This document shows, one piece after another, positions 52,487 to 63,300 of a stretch of 64,000 nt of DNA (its first letter is position 1; each line of letters begins with the position of its first letter). A program made the position numbers and the translations under genes. The stretch lies in the IMG/VR virus record IMGVR_UViG_3300045988_167063; one strand, 5' to 3'. This DNA comes from a virus. A model generated the notes under the pieces. It saw only the letters and a program-made list of their open reading frames with translations, was not told the DNA's origin and did not search any database.

Positions 52487-53137
52487 ATGAAAATATTATA
52501 TCCTAATGGGTATATTGTTATAAACGAAGATACTCACGAATACCGATTTTTTGATTATTTAAAAAATTATTCCAATTTTAGTACAGTTAATATAAGCAAA
52601 CAGGAAATTGATAATTTAATTTCAAAGTATCAAAATTGGTTTAAATTTTCTCTTGTTTCGGACAGAATATTTGGTGAGCCAAAATTAAAAAAGCCTAAAG
52701 AGTTAAACAATATAAAACAAAGTGGAAATATTAGCTTTTGTCGTAATAAATGTAAATGCCCTTATTTTATAAAAGGCAACGATATTTATATTAAACACCG
52801 AGATTATTTTTCTAAAAGTTTTGAAATACCAAAAGAAGATATGAACGCACCATTAAATGTTATTTTAAATAAATATTTCAATAAAAATAAAGCAAATAAA
52901 TTTGTATATCCTGACTGTTGGGGAGATGTAGTTTTACGCAATGAGGCTTGGATAAAATTAGAAAATATAATGTTGTTTGTTAATGATTATCTTCCAAGTC
53001 AACTCGCCTATATGGTATGTCAACAACAAAAAGAATATCATAAATTTGAAGATGATTTAGATATGGAATGGGAGAATTTTTATGAGGAACTATTTAGAAA
53101 ATTGAGAAAAACACTTGACAATCAATCTACTTTATGA
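52487..53137 (+). CDS. hypothetical protein
   Basis: 216 aa with an AAAGGAGA RBS. Its last codons contain the next promoter. Confidence 0.55.
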   Translation: MKILYPNGYIVINEDTHEYRFFDYLKNYSNFSTVNISKQEIDNLISKYQNWFKFSLVSDRIFGEPKLKKPKELNNIKQSGNISFCRNKCKCPYFIKGNDIYIKHRDYFSKSFEIPKEDMNAPLNVILNKYFNKNKANKFVYPDCWGDVVLRNEAWIKLENIMLFVNDYLPSQLAYMVCQQQKEYHKFEDDLDMEWENFYEELFRKLRKTLDNQSTL

Positions 53138-53143
53138 TATAAT
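53115..53143 (+). promoter_or_regulatory. sigma-A-type promoter embedded in the 3' end of the upstream ORF
   Basis: AAAAACAC-TTGACA, 17-nt spacer, TGaTATAAT. Confidence 0.6.
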
Positions 53144-53173
53144 CAAACCATACTAATTAAAGGAGTGTTTATT

Positions 53174-54103
53174 ATGTATTTACACAAAAGTTTAGACGAA
53201 AATGGAATTGAAAAGAAATTGCCTATTTTTGAGGCAGGAGATATTGTCTATTTTATCAATTATGATAGAAAAGTTCCAAAAATAAGCAGACACTATCGAG
53301 TTGATATTGGTATAGTTTATGATGATTGGTTTTATACTAATGAAGTAAAGGTTTCATTACTTGTACCTAAAGAAGATAGATTAGTTAATGGTGTGTCTTG
53401 GAATGAATTTAAAACACCGACAAAAGTTATGCCTTTAGTCTCAAATGATAGAAAACTAAAGCCTTATGAGATATATAATAAATATGTTCATATTACACAC
53501 GAAAAAACTTCGATTTTTTATAAAGATATAGATATTTCAAATCGTGATGAGATTGTAAAATATGTATTAAGCAAAGATTTAATTCCGTTAGTTGAAAGAG
53601 ATAATAGTTACATAAGTTTTAGATATGATGATAGTGGTAAAGGTTATTATTTAACAAGAGAATATGACCCATATGTCCATCCGTTTATTTATATTTCAAA
53701 ATATTATAGTAAATATGTATGGGAAAACGAACATAAATTATGTTATTCAGATACTTTTTCAATAGGATTTAATTATAATAAAATAAAAACTCTTTGTGAT
53801 AAATTAAATGAATTGCAAATTTTACATAAAGAAAAAATTGATAATATGACAGAATTAGATTTTGTTATTGAGGAAATTGATGATGTTTGTGGCAAATACA
53901 ATAAAATATATTGTGACGATATTTATTATACACGAGCAGTAAAACAATGGCTTTTAGCAAAGAAAAACGCAGATAAACTTTGTGTAAGATTATATTGTGG
54001 AGATATTCAATGGAAGTATTCGCAAAATTCAAAATGGCAAAAGGTTGATAAAGATGAAATCAACACTATAATCTTTATGAATAAGAGGTCACGGGAGGTT
54101 TGA
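53174..54103 (+). CDS. hypothetical protein
   Basis: 309 aa counted from the ATG at 53174 (AAAGGAG 8 nt upstream). The track start is a GTG at 53165. Confidence 0.55.
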   Translation: MYLHKSLDENGIEKKLPIFEAGDIVYFINYDRKVPKISRHYRVDIGIVYDDWFYTNEVKVSLLVPKEDRLVNGVSWNEFKTPTKVMPLVSNDRKLKPYEIYNKYVHITHEKTSIFYKDIDISNRDEIVKYVLSKDLIPLVERDNSYISFRYDDSGKGYYLTREYDPYVHPFIYISKYYSKYVWENEHKLCYSDTFSIGFNYNKIKTLCDKLNELQILHKEKIDNMTELDFVIEEIDDVCGKYNKIYCDDIYYTRAVKQWLLAKKNADKLCVRLYCGDIQWKYSQNSKWQKVDKDEINTIIFMNKRSREV

Positions 54104-54104
54104 T

Positions 54105-54692
54105 ATGGAGTATTTAATTACGAATGGCAACTTATATGTTGGTGGAGATAAAAACGGCACACGCACGCTTACAACGAATATAAATAATGCTTGTGTATAT
54201 TCTACTAAAGCAAAAGCAGAAAACGAGCTTGAAAACGCTGTTAGAAGTAAAAATGGTTGGTCTTTAACTGTAAATAATGAATGGTTTATTAAAGGCAAAC
54301 AAGATATTGAAATGGTTGAACCTATTGAACTTGATTTTGATTTTCATAAAGAAATAATTGAATTACAAGATAAAATAAACCAACTTGAACAAAGAAAAGA
54401 ATATTTAAAATATCTTATAAGTAAGTGTGATAGAGAAATTAGTGATATTCAACATTGTGCCGAGTTTTATAATCTTAATGCAAGTCAAGGCTATAAACTT
54501 TATAAAATGTTACATAATGTAACTAATAAGCGTAGAGAAGTTAAAAATGAATTTAATTCAATTAGTCTGATTTTATCATCTAAAATAACAAGTGCTGAAA
54601 TCAATAATGTAAATAAATCAATTTATGGTATATATAACAACCAACAATATTCAAACAGAGTATTTGATGATTTATTTGATATAGTAAAGTGA
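54105..54692 (+). CDS. hypothetical protein
   Basis: 195 aa with a central coiled-coil-like segment (IELQDKINQLEQRKEYLKYLISK). Confidence 0.55.
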   Translation: MEYLITNGNLYVGGDKNGTRTLTTNINNACVYSTKAKAENELENAVRSKNGWSLTVNNEWFIKGKQDIEMVEPIELDFDFHKEIIELQDKINQLEQRKEYLKYLISKCDREISDIQHCAEFYNLNASQGYKLYKMLHNVTNKRREVKNEFNSISLILSSKITSAEINNVNKSIYGIYNNQQYSNRVFDDLFDIVK

Positions 54693-54702
54693 GGTATATA
54701 AA

Positions 54703-54876
54703 ATGTTTAATGTGTATAAAAAAGAAACAGATGAAATTGTAGATGTATATGATGTAAGAACAGATAGAGCAGGTTATCCTATGTTTCTAATTTTTGAGAA
54801 TAATCAATGGAAGTATAGAAGTGCAAAGCATTTTAAACCTTATGTATGTTGGGTGAGAGCCGAGGAGGATATTTAA
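54703..54876 (+). CDS. hypothetical small protein (57 aa)
   Basis: Hand-found ORF MFNVYKKETDEIVDVYDVRTDRAGYPMFLIFENNQWKYRSAKHFKPYVCWVRAEEDI, with a GTGAGG RBS. Confidence 0.45.
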   Translation: MFNVYKKETDEIVDVYDVRTDRAGYPMFLIFENNQWKYRSAKHFKPYVCWVRAEEDI

Positions 54877-54878
54877 TA

Positions 54879-55328
54879 ATGAGATTATGGCATTATGAAT
54901 TATTAAGTGTTTTACCTCGTTGTCAACTTGTATCACAATTAAGGGAGTGTACTGCTATCGCTAAAAACATTCATAAATATGGTACACCAAATCATTTACT
55001 TGTGAATAAGATTTCTGATTATGATATTAGAGATTTTAATATCTATTGCAATAAAGTTATTTACTATATGTTGCAAAGAGGTTATAATGTTTCAGAAAGC
55101 ACTTTAGATAAACTTGAGGAATATACAAATTTTAAACTTGTAGGCTCTCCCTCGCTTGAATATTCAACAGTATTTAAAGATTGGCACAATAAAGAATATT
55201 TAAGAATTTGTATGGCTAACCTTTATGAAAAACATATCAGTCAAGGTGAAAGTCAAATAACAGACGAAGAATGGCAAAAGATAATAGATAAATATAAAAA
55301 AATTACGAAAGAGGAATATAAAGTTTGA
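54879..55328 (+). CDS. pyrimidine-dimer DNA glycosylase-like protein (T4 endonuclease V / DenV superfamily)
   Basis: MRLWHYELLSVLPRCQLVSQLRECTAIAKNI parallels the N-terminal [20 protein letters not shown] block of T4 endonuclease V. ATG at 54879, 9 nt after GAGGAGGA. Confidence 0.55.
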   Translation: MRLWHYELLSVLPRCQLVSQLRECTAIAKNIHKYGTPNHLLVNKISDYDIRDFNIYCNKVIYYMLQRGYNVSESTLDKLEEYTNFKLVGSPSLEYSTVFKDWHNKEYLRICMANLYEKHISQGESQITDEEWQKIIDKYKKITKEEYKV

Positions 55329-55476
55329 CAGTAATTGTAAATAACGAAAAAATTTCAAATGTTAAATTTATACTACAAGAAAAAGACTATATAAATATTA
55401 TCTATGGTGGAGAATATTGGGCATTGAGCCGACTTATAGATAATAAAAATATCAACCTTAAAGTAGTGGCATAATT

Positions 55477-56574
55477 ATGAAATTTGACATTGAAAAAATA
55501 AATGAACAACTTAATACTGAAGATGTAAAAAAAGTGCTTTATTCCCTTAATAGTGATGTTTTTAAAGAGGATGAGGAACAGATAATATTTTATTCGGCTT
55601 GCCACAATAAAGAGCCTTGTGACCCCTCACATAAAGCTAAATTATATTATTATAAAAGTTCAAAGATTTTCACTTGTTATGTGTGTAGTGAGAGTTTTGA
55701 TATTTATGATTTAGTCAAAAAGAATAAGGCATTATTTAATGAACAATGGTCTTTTCCTAAATGTGTCAAATATGTTTGTGAGATTGCTAATATACCATTT
55801 GATTATAGCGGTGAAATAAAAGAAAATCCTAATAAATATAATTGGCAAAGTAGTTTGGCTAAATTTATGGGCAAAAATAAAAACTTCAATGCTAATTATT
55901 ATAATAGGAATGTATTGTTGTTTTTTGAGCCTATATATCATCAATCTTGGCTGGATGATAATATTTCTATTAAAACAATGGAAAAATATAATATAGGTTA
56001 TTATCCTTTGCAGGACTGCATTACTATTCCTTGTTTTGACGATAAGGCTAATTTAATCGGCATAAGAGGTCGTTTTTTAAATCCTGAAAGTCAAGTTAAA
56101 TATTTACCTATTAGATTATTGAATGGTGTTGAATATAAATTTCAAACAAACAATTACTTATATGGTATTTGGTATACAAAACAGGCAATTAAATATCATA
56201 AAAAATGTGTTTTATTTGAAGCTGAAAAAAGCACCTTACAATGTGATACTTATTTTGGAGAGGATAATTTTTCTGTTTCGCTTTATGGCTCGGCAATGAG
56301 CAAACAAAAAAGAGATATTATTCTTGAACAGGGTGTAAATGAGGTTATTATTGCTATTGATTTTGACTATGATACAATATTAGATGAAAATGGCAATAAA
56401 ACAGAAGATTTTACTCAATTTGAGAATAAGGTTTATAAAATTTCAAAGTTTTTTAAAGGCTTTTGTAAGGTATCTGCATTAGTAAGTTATGGTGGGCATA
56501 ATTATAAAGATAGTCCAAGCGATTTAGGGAAAGAAAAATATTTAGAATTATATAAAAATAGGGAAGTGATTTAA
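55477..56574 (+). CDS. DnaG-type DNA primase (zinc finger + TOPRIM)
   Basis: CHC2-like zinc site CHNKEPCDPSHKAKLYYYKSSKIFTCYVC. TOPRIM Glu in VLFEAEKSTLQ and DxD in IIAIDFDYD. Confidence 0.7.
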   Translation: MKFDIEKINEQLNTEDVKKVLYSLNSDVFKEDEEQIIFYSACHNKEPCDPSHKAKLYYYKSSKIFTCYVCSESFDIYDLVKKNKALFNEQWSFPKCVKYVCEIANIPFDYSGEIKENPNKYNWQSSLAKFMGKNKNFNANYYNRNVLLFFEPIYHQSWLDDNISIKTMEKYNIGYYPLQDCITIPCFDDKANLIGIRGRFLNPESQVKYLPIRLLNGVEYKFQTNNYLYGIWYTKQAIKYHKKCVLFEAEKSTLQCDTYFGEDNFSVSLYGSAMSKQKRDIILEQGVNEVIIAIDFDYDTILDENGNKTEDFTQFENKVYKISKFFKGFCKVSALVSYGGHNYKDSPSDLGKEKYLELYKNREVI

Positions 56575-56643
56575 AACTTTAGTGCATTTTAACTAATTTT
56601 TTAAATCACTTTTTGTTGATTTTGCTTAAATAATAAATTTTTC

Positions 56644-56672
56644 TTGACTTTTGGCAATATTTGTGGTATAAT
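56644..56672 (+). promoter_or_regulatory. sigma-A-type promoter
   Basis: TTGACT, 17-nt spacer, TGgTATAAT. Confidence 0.65.
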
Positions 56673-56704
56673 TCAAGTAAACTTAAAGAAAGGAAGTTTT
56701 GAAG

Positions 56705-56914
56705 ATGTTTACTAATTGTATAAATATAAAACACAAAAATTCACAAACAAAAACTCAAATTGAAAATGCAATCAAATATTTTGAAAATTGTCTTGTTGAT
56801 ATTCAAAGTAATGGCAGTTGTTATGAACAAAGTGCTTATAAAAATACAAAAATTGCATTAAAATCATTAAGAACAAATCTTAAATTGTTGGAGGAAATGA
56901 AAAATGCCGATTAA
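56705..56914 (+). CDS. hypothetical protein
   Basis: 69 aa counted from the ATG at 56705 (AAAGGAAG 8 nt upstream). The track starts at a TTG at 56699. Confidence 0.5.
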   Translation: MFTNCINIKHKNSQTKTQIENAIKYFENCLVDIQSNGSCYEQSAYKNTKIALKSLRTNLKLLEEMKNAD

Positions 56915-57182
56915 TGTTAAACTTAATAAAGAAAAAGAATTTTCTAATACCCTTGATTTTCATAAAGATATTCAATACGGAGATGTATTTGAATATTGTG
57001 ACCCAAATGATTATAATATTGGTGATGACAAATGGTATGGAATGAAAGTTGGCAAAGAAGCTGATAATGGTGTTTGGGTTGATTGTATTGTTGACCTTGA
57101 TACTTTTGAAATTTATACAGATATTGAACATTATAAATTTTTGGAAATTATTGATTGTAGTTTGGTGAAAGATGCAGATTAA
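56904..57182 (+). CDS. hypothetical protein
   Basis: 92 aa with a GGAGGAAA RBS. Confidence 0.55.
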   Translation: MPINVKLNKEKEFSNTLDFHKDIQYGDVFEYCDPNDYNIGDDKWYGMKVGKEADNGVWVDCIVDLDTFEIYTDIEHYKFLEIIDCSLVKDAD

Positions 57183-58806
57183 ACCACTTTATAAAAACAC
57201 AGATTATGTTACAATTTCAGATTATCTTGCTAAATGTGGAGTAGTTAATACACAAAAATGGCTTTCACACAAAGCGTTAGAAAAATCAAGTGATTATGAC
57301 AATATAGATAAATGGTGTGAAAAATTAAATTATGCTATCAACGAAAAAGAAAAATTTTATCTATTAGTTGATAGTGACCTTGACGGATATTTCAGCAGTT
57401 CAATGTTTTACATTTATTGTAAACACATAAACCCGAATGTTAATATTATTCCTATATTTCATACAGAAAAGCAACACGGAATTGATAAAGATAATTTAAA
57501 ATATCTTAAAAGTCAAGAGCCTTCGATTTTAGTAGTCCTTGACGCAGGTACAAATGACATTAAACAAGATAAAAAGTTGACCAAACTTGGTTGGCAAATT
57601 CTTTGTGCAGACCACCATAAACAAGAGAAAAAAATAAATTCCTATTGTCTATTGGTTAATAATCAAGTAAGTAATAAAGTTATCAACAAGGGTCTTTCAG
57701 GTACAGGTGTAGCGTGGAAAATTTGTAAAAGATATGACGAACTTTATGGATATAATTTTAGTAAAAAGTTAATATCTTATGTTGCTATTGCAAATATAGG
57801 TGATAGTATGTCTTTTACATTTGCCGAAAATGAAACATTTAGGCATTGGGGTATGTTATCTATCTATAAGGTACTTAAACCTTTTGTGGCTAATCTAAAT
57901 AGAAATGACGAAACTGATAATAAGGCTTTTTCTTTTGGTTTAATCACAAATATAAACTCTCTTATTCGTTTAGGAACACAAGAAGATAAAATAGAATTAT
58001 TTAAAGCGTTATGTGGCGAAATTAACTCGGCAGAAACCATTGATAAATGTAAAAAGTTACATAATAAGCAGTCAAGCGAAACAAAAAGACTTTTAGAACA
58101 TTCAGTTGAAATTATAGATAATAATAAATTTGTAATTGCAAGAATACTTGAAAAGACAACACTTACAGGTCTTGTAGCAAACAAAATGATGAGTATTTAT
58201 GAAAAGCCGATTTTCTTAACCCACAGTAGAGATAATGGAGAATTAGCAGGAAGTGTTCGTAGTCCTTTTGAAATCAAAGACTTGTTGCCCCAAGAATTAT
58301 TTAATTATAACCAAGGGCATAATTGTGCATTTGGTACTTCTTATCAAAAAGAAAACGAGCAAGCGTTAATTAAAGCTTTAAATAGTCTTGACATTCCGTC
58401 AGAGCCTTTACAAGCCGTTTTTATATCTACAACAACAAAGGATATACCTAACTACTTATATGACTTTATAGACGATTACAGAGCGTATTTTGGAATGGAT
58501 ATACCGATACCAAGAATACATATAAAACCTTTTAGTCTTTATAATGATGAAATTCAGGTATTGGGTGCAACACAAAGGACTATAAAATTTAGACGAAACG
58601 GTATTGACTTTATTTTGTTTAATTGTTCAAACAAACTTAAAGAGCAATTAAAACTTAATAGTCAACAAAAACAAATGGTTGCTCTTGAATTTATAGGTGA
58701 GCCTTGTTATAATGAATTTAGAGGGCAACGAAATAAACAATTTATTATTGACTCAAATAATATAGAAATAAGTTATAATAAGAAAAGTTTTGAGGATTTT
58801 ATGTAA
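57172..58806 (+). CDS. DHH-family phosphoesterase, RecJ-like single-strand DNA exonuclease
   Basis: The motifs appear in the canonical DHH order: LLVDSDLDGYFS (DxD), VVLDAGTND, CADHHKQ (DHH) and IANIGDSM. Confidence 0.7.
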   Translation: MQIKPLYKNTDYVTISDYLAKCGVVNTQKWLSHKALEKSSDYDNIDKWCEKLNYAINEKEKFYLLVDSDLDGYFSSSMFYIYCKHINPNVNIIPIFHTEKQHGIDKDNLKYLKSQEPSILVVLDAGTNDIKQDKKLTKLGWQILCADHHKQEKKINSYCLLVNNQVSNKVINKGLSGTGVAWKICKRYDELYGYNFSKKLISYVAIANIGDSMSFTFAENETFRHWGMLSIYKVLKPFVANLNRNDETDNKAFSFGLITNINSLIRLGTQEDKIELFKALCGEINSAETIDKCKKLHNKQSSETKRLLEHSVEIIDNNKFVIARILEKTTLTGLVANKMMSIYEKPIFLTHSRDNGELAGSVRSPFEIKDLLPQELFNYNQGHNCAFGTSYQKENEQALIKALNSLDIPSEPLQAVFISTTTKDIPNYLYDFIDDYRAYFGMDIPIPRIHIKPFSLYNDEIQVLGATQRTIKFRRNGIDFILFNCSNKLKEQLKLNSQQKQMVALEFIGEPCYNEFRGQRNKQFIIDSNNIEISYNKKSFEDFM

Positions 58807-59168
58807 TGACAAAAAATAAAGAATTAAAGAAATTGCAAAGAGCAGTAAATAAATATGTTCAAGGATTGAATGATAACATCTTAAATGATGATTTATGGCG
58901 AGGAAGATTTATTGTTCGACAAGTTAATCGTTATGATTATAAGTACGGAGATGGAAGTGGCTATCATTTTACTATAAAACTTGAATTTAAAGATTTGAAA
59001 ACAGGTCAAACAAAAATCTTTTATGAGCCATTATATTTTGCAAGTTTTTTAATTGGAAATAATCTTTTTAGTTTAATGAACGACTTTATTGTAAAAGATT
59101 GTGATATATGGAGTAAAGAAACAACACAAGAATTAAAAAATGACAAAACAATTTATAGGAGAAAATAA
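58806..59168 (+). CDS. hypothetical protein
   Basis: 120 aa with TAATG coupling. Confidence 0.55.
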   Translation: MTKNKELKKLQRAVNKYVQGLNDNILNDDLWRGRFIVRQVNRYDYKYGDGSGYHFTIKLEFKDLKTGQTKIFYEPLYFASFLIGNNLFSLMNDFIVKDCDIWSKETTQELKNDKTIYRRK

Positions 59169-59170
59169 TT

Positions 59171-59602
59171 ATGAAACTTATTATGGATAGTGATTTGACA
59201 AAAAAAGAAAATCTTATTGAGTGTGAAGATTGTGGTAGTGTTATTGAGGTCAGCAAGGAAGATTGGCAAATTGGCGAATATGGACTTAAATATTTTGAAT
59301 GTCCTAAATGTCATAAAAGACAATATCACCATATGGGGATTAATATTGATGAAAACAATATTGAATATCCAAAGCATTTTGATACAAATGACGGCTATCT
59401 TGAAACAGAAGAAAATGCAACCAACGAGGAAATAACAGAACTGTGTCGAAAGGCTATTAAAGAATTTAAAGAAACTAAACAAATTGTGAAAATGTATCTT
59501 AAAAATACCGTTGTTACTGTATTTGATAATGTAGAAGAAAAGGCTTATGAAGTTGTAGTAGCAAGAAAGCCTTATCATACTTATGTTCCATATAAAAATT
59601 AA
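59171..59602 (+). CDS. hypothetical zinc-ribbon protein
   Basis: 143 aa with CEDCGS...CPKCH. Confidence 0.55.
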   Translation: MKLIMDSDLTKKENLIECEDCGSVIEVSKEDWQIGEYGLKYFECPKCHKRQYHHMGINIDENNIEYPKHFDTNDGYLETEENATNEEITELCRKAIKEFKETKQIVKMYLKNTVVTVFDNVEEKAYEVVVARKPYHTYVPYKN

Positions 59603-59638
59603 ATAAATACTTATTTTAAAAGGGAAGGAGGCATATGG

Positions 59639-59950
59639 TTGAAACGAAACTTAATAATTTCAGTATTAGGAACGGCAGGGTTGATTTCTTTGTTCTATTA
59701 TATGATAAAATTCTGTTCAATTATGAACAAAACTGAATTTATGTGTTGGATTATCGTATCTACTATCATCATAATAACTATTGCAATAGGCATTGTTAAT
59801 ACTTTTAAATTAAATAAAGTTCAAAAACAACTTTCTTGTCTAACTGAAATTATAAAGATAGAAAGAGAGATTATTGAGAAATATCATTATGACGAATTGT
59901 CGGCTATTGAAAATAATCTTGAAAGCATATTAGATTTAGATAGGAAGTGA
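59639..59950 (+). CDS. hypothetical membrane protein
   Basis: 103 aa with two hydrophobic helices. TTG start (an ATG at 59635 is out of frame). Its 5' end contains repeat copy 1. Confidence 0.45.
   Translation: MKRNLIISVLGTAGLISLFYYMIKFCSIMNKTEFMCWIIVSTIIIITIAIGIVNTFKLNKVQKQLSCLTEIIKIEREIIEKYHYDELSAIENNLESILDLDRK
59648..59683. repeat. 36-bp exact direct repeat, copy 1
   Basis: AACTTAATAATTTCAGTATTAGGAACGGCAGGGTTG, identical to 60266-60301. Confidence 0.95.
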
Positions 59951-60267
59951 CTGACATAGCGTGGTATGAACACTATAATTACGATAATCAACAAGAATTG
60001 ATATTAAAATTATGTAAAAAATTTAATATTTCTTATCCAAATGTAAGATATAATTGTTTCGGTCAAACGGATGTCACTTTTTTGCAAGGACTTTATGAAT
60101 ATTTGGTCGAATTAGATATAAAAAACGAAAATTTTATAATTAAGCGTAAAAATAACAAATCAAATGGCTATAAATCAAACAAAAATTATATGGCAACAGT
60201 TAAAACTATAAAAACAGGTGGTTGGTATCAAGTTATTAAATGGATTGCAAAAAATAGCGAGATATAA
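59947..60267 (+). CDS. hypothetical protein
   Basis: 106 aa with a GTG start overlapping the upstream stop. Confidence 0.45.
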   Translation: MTDIAWYEHYNYDNQQELILKLCKKFNISYPNVRYNCFGQTDVTFLQGLYEYLVELDIKNENFIIKRKNNKSNGYKSNKNYMATVKTIKTGGWYQVIKWIAKNSEI

Positions 60268-60301
60268 CTTAATAATTTCAGTATTAGGAACGGCAGGGTT
60301 G
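60266..60301. repeat. 36-bp exact direct repeat, copy 2
   Basis: Identical to 59648-59683. It ends 4 nt before the dnaE-like ATG. Confidence 0.95.
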
Positions 60302-60305
60302 GTAA

Positions 60306-63300
60306 ATGAATATAGATAAAAAAATAATTGAAAATGTTATAGATAATTTAACTTTTAAATTTCCATATACCATAGATGAATATGTCAACAATCCTATTAT
60401 TGAAAATTATCATTATCACTCTTATTTTTCTAATGTTGGAATGGCAGACTCCCCAACTAATAATGAAAGTTTCGCAAAAAGAATTAAAGAACTTAATGGA
60501 AAATGTATTTTTTCAGGCGAACACGGTTGGCAAGGAAATCAATTTGAAGTATATGAGATAGCTGAAAAATATGGACTTAAATATCGTCATTCTACTGAGG
60601 CTTATTGGGTTAAAAATAGGCTTGAACAAGATAGAACAAATTGCCATATTTGTTTAATTGCTTTAACTCCAAAAGCAAGAGAAGATATTAACTATATTCT
60701 ATCTATTGCAAATATTGACGGATATTATGGTAATCCAAGAATAGATTTAGAATTATTATTTTCTTTAAATCCGAATGAAGTTATTGTTACTTCTGCTTGT
60801 GTTGCAGGTTGGAAATATGATGATGCTGAAAATATTTGGCTTAAAGTGGCTAATTATTTTGGCGATAACTTTTTCTTTGAAATTCAGCCTCATAATACGG
60901 ATAAACAAAAAGAATTAAATCAAAAAATTCTTGAATTATCAAAAGAATATAATATTCAAATAATTTGTGGACTTGACTCTCACTATATTGATACTGATTT
61001 AGATGATATTAAAAGAGAAAAAATACTTGAATATAAAAAGATAAAATATGATGATGAACAGGGTTGGTATTTAGATTTTCCAAATATTGAAATTATTTAT
61101 AATAGATTGAAAGAACAAGGTGTTTTATCTGAATATGAAATTTGGCAATCTATAATGAATACTAATGTATTCAATTCAAATAAAGCACAGGAAATTATAT
61201 TAGATAAATCATTTAAAATTCCTTCTATTTATAAAGATAAAACCTATGAGGAAAAAGTTAAGATATTTAAAAATATTTTAAATAATGAATATGCAAATGA
61301 AAAAGACAAGTCTAAAGCAAGAGTAGAGGGGATAAGATATGAAGCAGAACAAGTAATTGATAGTAAAGTTGTTGACTATTTCTTAACTAACAGAGCCATT
61401 TTGCAAGAAGCAATAAATAATCAAGGTGGTATTCTTACCAAAACTTCAAGAGGTAGTATGTCATCTTTTTATATAAATAAACTACTTGGATTTACAACGC
61501 TTGATAGATTTAATGCTGAAGTTCCTATTTACCCTGAACGATTTTTAACAAAAGAAAGAGTACAAAGTGGGCAAATGCCTGACTGTGACTTTAACATTGC
61601 TCAACAAGAACCTTTTGTAAAAGCTGCTCGAAAACTTATTGGCAAAGAGTCTTGCTATCCTTTAATGGCTATTGAAAAAATGAAAACAAGTGCAGCTTGG
61701 CAAATGTATGCAAGTGTAAATAATATTGAACCGACAATAGCAAATGAAGTATCTAAACAAATTAAAGAATATGAGGAAAAGAAAAAACATCTTGATGAGG
61801 ACTCAAAAGATTTACTTGACATTAGTGATTTTATTCCTAAAGAATATATAGATATTTACAACAAGAGTAAGGAGTATCAAGGTATTGTAATTAATTTAAA
61901 AGTTCACGCTTGTGCTTTTTTACTTTTTGACGGCGATATTCGTAGAGAAATTGGATTGACAAGTGCCGTATCTCAATCAACTAAAAAAAGAACATTAGTT
62001 GTATGTGCCGAGGGAAAATATTTAGATACTTTCGGATATGTAAAAGATGATTTTCTTATTGTAGATGTTGTTGGACTTATTCAAGAATGTTGGGATAGTA
62101 TAAATCAACCTGTGCCAATATTTAATGAATTAAGAGAATTGATTAAAGATGATAATGCTACTTGGGATATTTATTCTAAAGGAATTGTATGTTGTGTAAA
62201 CCAAGTAGAGAAAAAAGAAACAGCAAAAAAAGCACAAATTTATCAAATGAGAAATTTAGGGGAAAGTGCCTCATTTATTGCAGGAATTAGACCTGGATTT
62301 AAAAGCCTTTTGCCGACCTTTTTACATAGAGAAAAATTTACAACAGGTGAAAGCAAAATTGACGATTTACTTAAAGAGAGTTCCTCGTTTATACTTTATC
62401 AAGAGTCAGTAATGAAAATTTTGGCTTATCTTGGTTTGTCAATGGCTGAATGTTATACGGTTATTAAAAGTATCTCAAAGAAAAAATATAAAGAACACCC
62501 TGAAAAACTAAAAGCATTGAAAGAACAACTATTAAAAGGTTGGACTGAAAAAATTGGCAAAACAGATAATTTTGATAAAGTATGGCAAGTAATTGAAGAT
62601 GCTGCCTCTTATTCTTTTAATTCTCCTCACGCTTTAAGTATGGCTGGCGATAGTGCTTATATTGCTTATTTTAAAGCTCATTATCCTGCTAATTTTTATA
62701 AAGTAGCAATTTCTCATTATATGAAAAAAGATAATAAAAAGAAAATTGCCGAACTTATGTCGGAAGCAAATACTTTTTTCGGATATAAAACTAAATTATG
62801 GTGCTTTGGTGAGGATAATAGAGATGTAATTGTTGATGAAAAAAATAAAACAATAACGCTCGCTATGTCAAGTATTAAAGATATGCAGAAGGTTGCTCCT
62901 CAAATTTTATATGATTTAGGTCAAACGAATAATATAAACAATGTTATGCAATTATTTGAGAATGTTTTAAAATGTGGTGTAAATAAAACAAGTAGAAACA
63001 TTTTAATAAAACTTGATTATTTTAAAAATTTTGGAACAATAAATCAATTATTGTATGGCTTTAATATATATGAAAAATTTGCTAATTCAAAAGTAATTAG
63101 TAAAAATAAATTATCCGAAATAGAATTAAAGGCTATTCAAGGTAATTTTAATAAAGAAACAAAAACACAATTTAGAGAAATTAACAATAAAAAATTTATT
63201 TTTGATATTTTAAAATCTTCAACTATTCCACATACAACAGACTTGACAAAAGCTCATTATCAACTTCAATTACTTGGCAGTACAAATATTATTATTCCTA

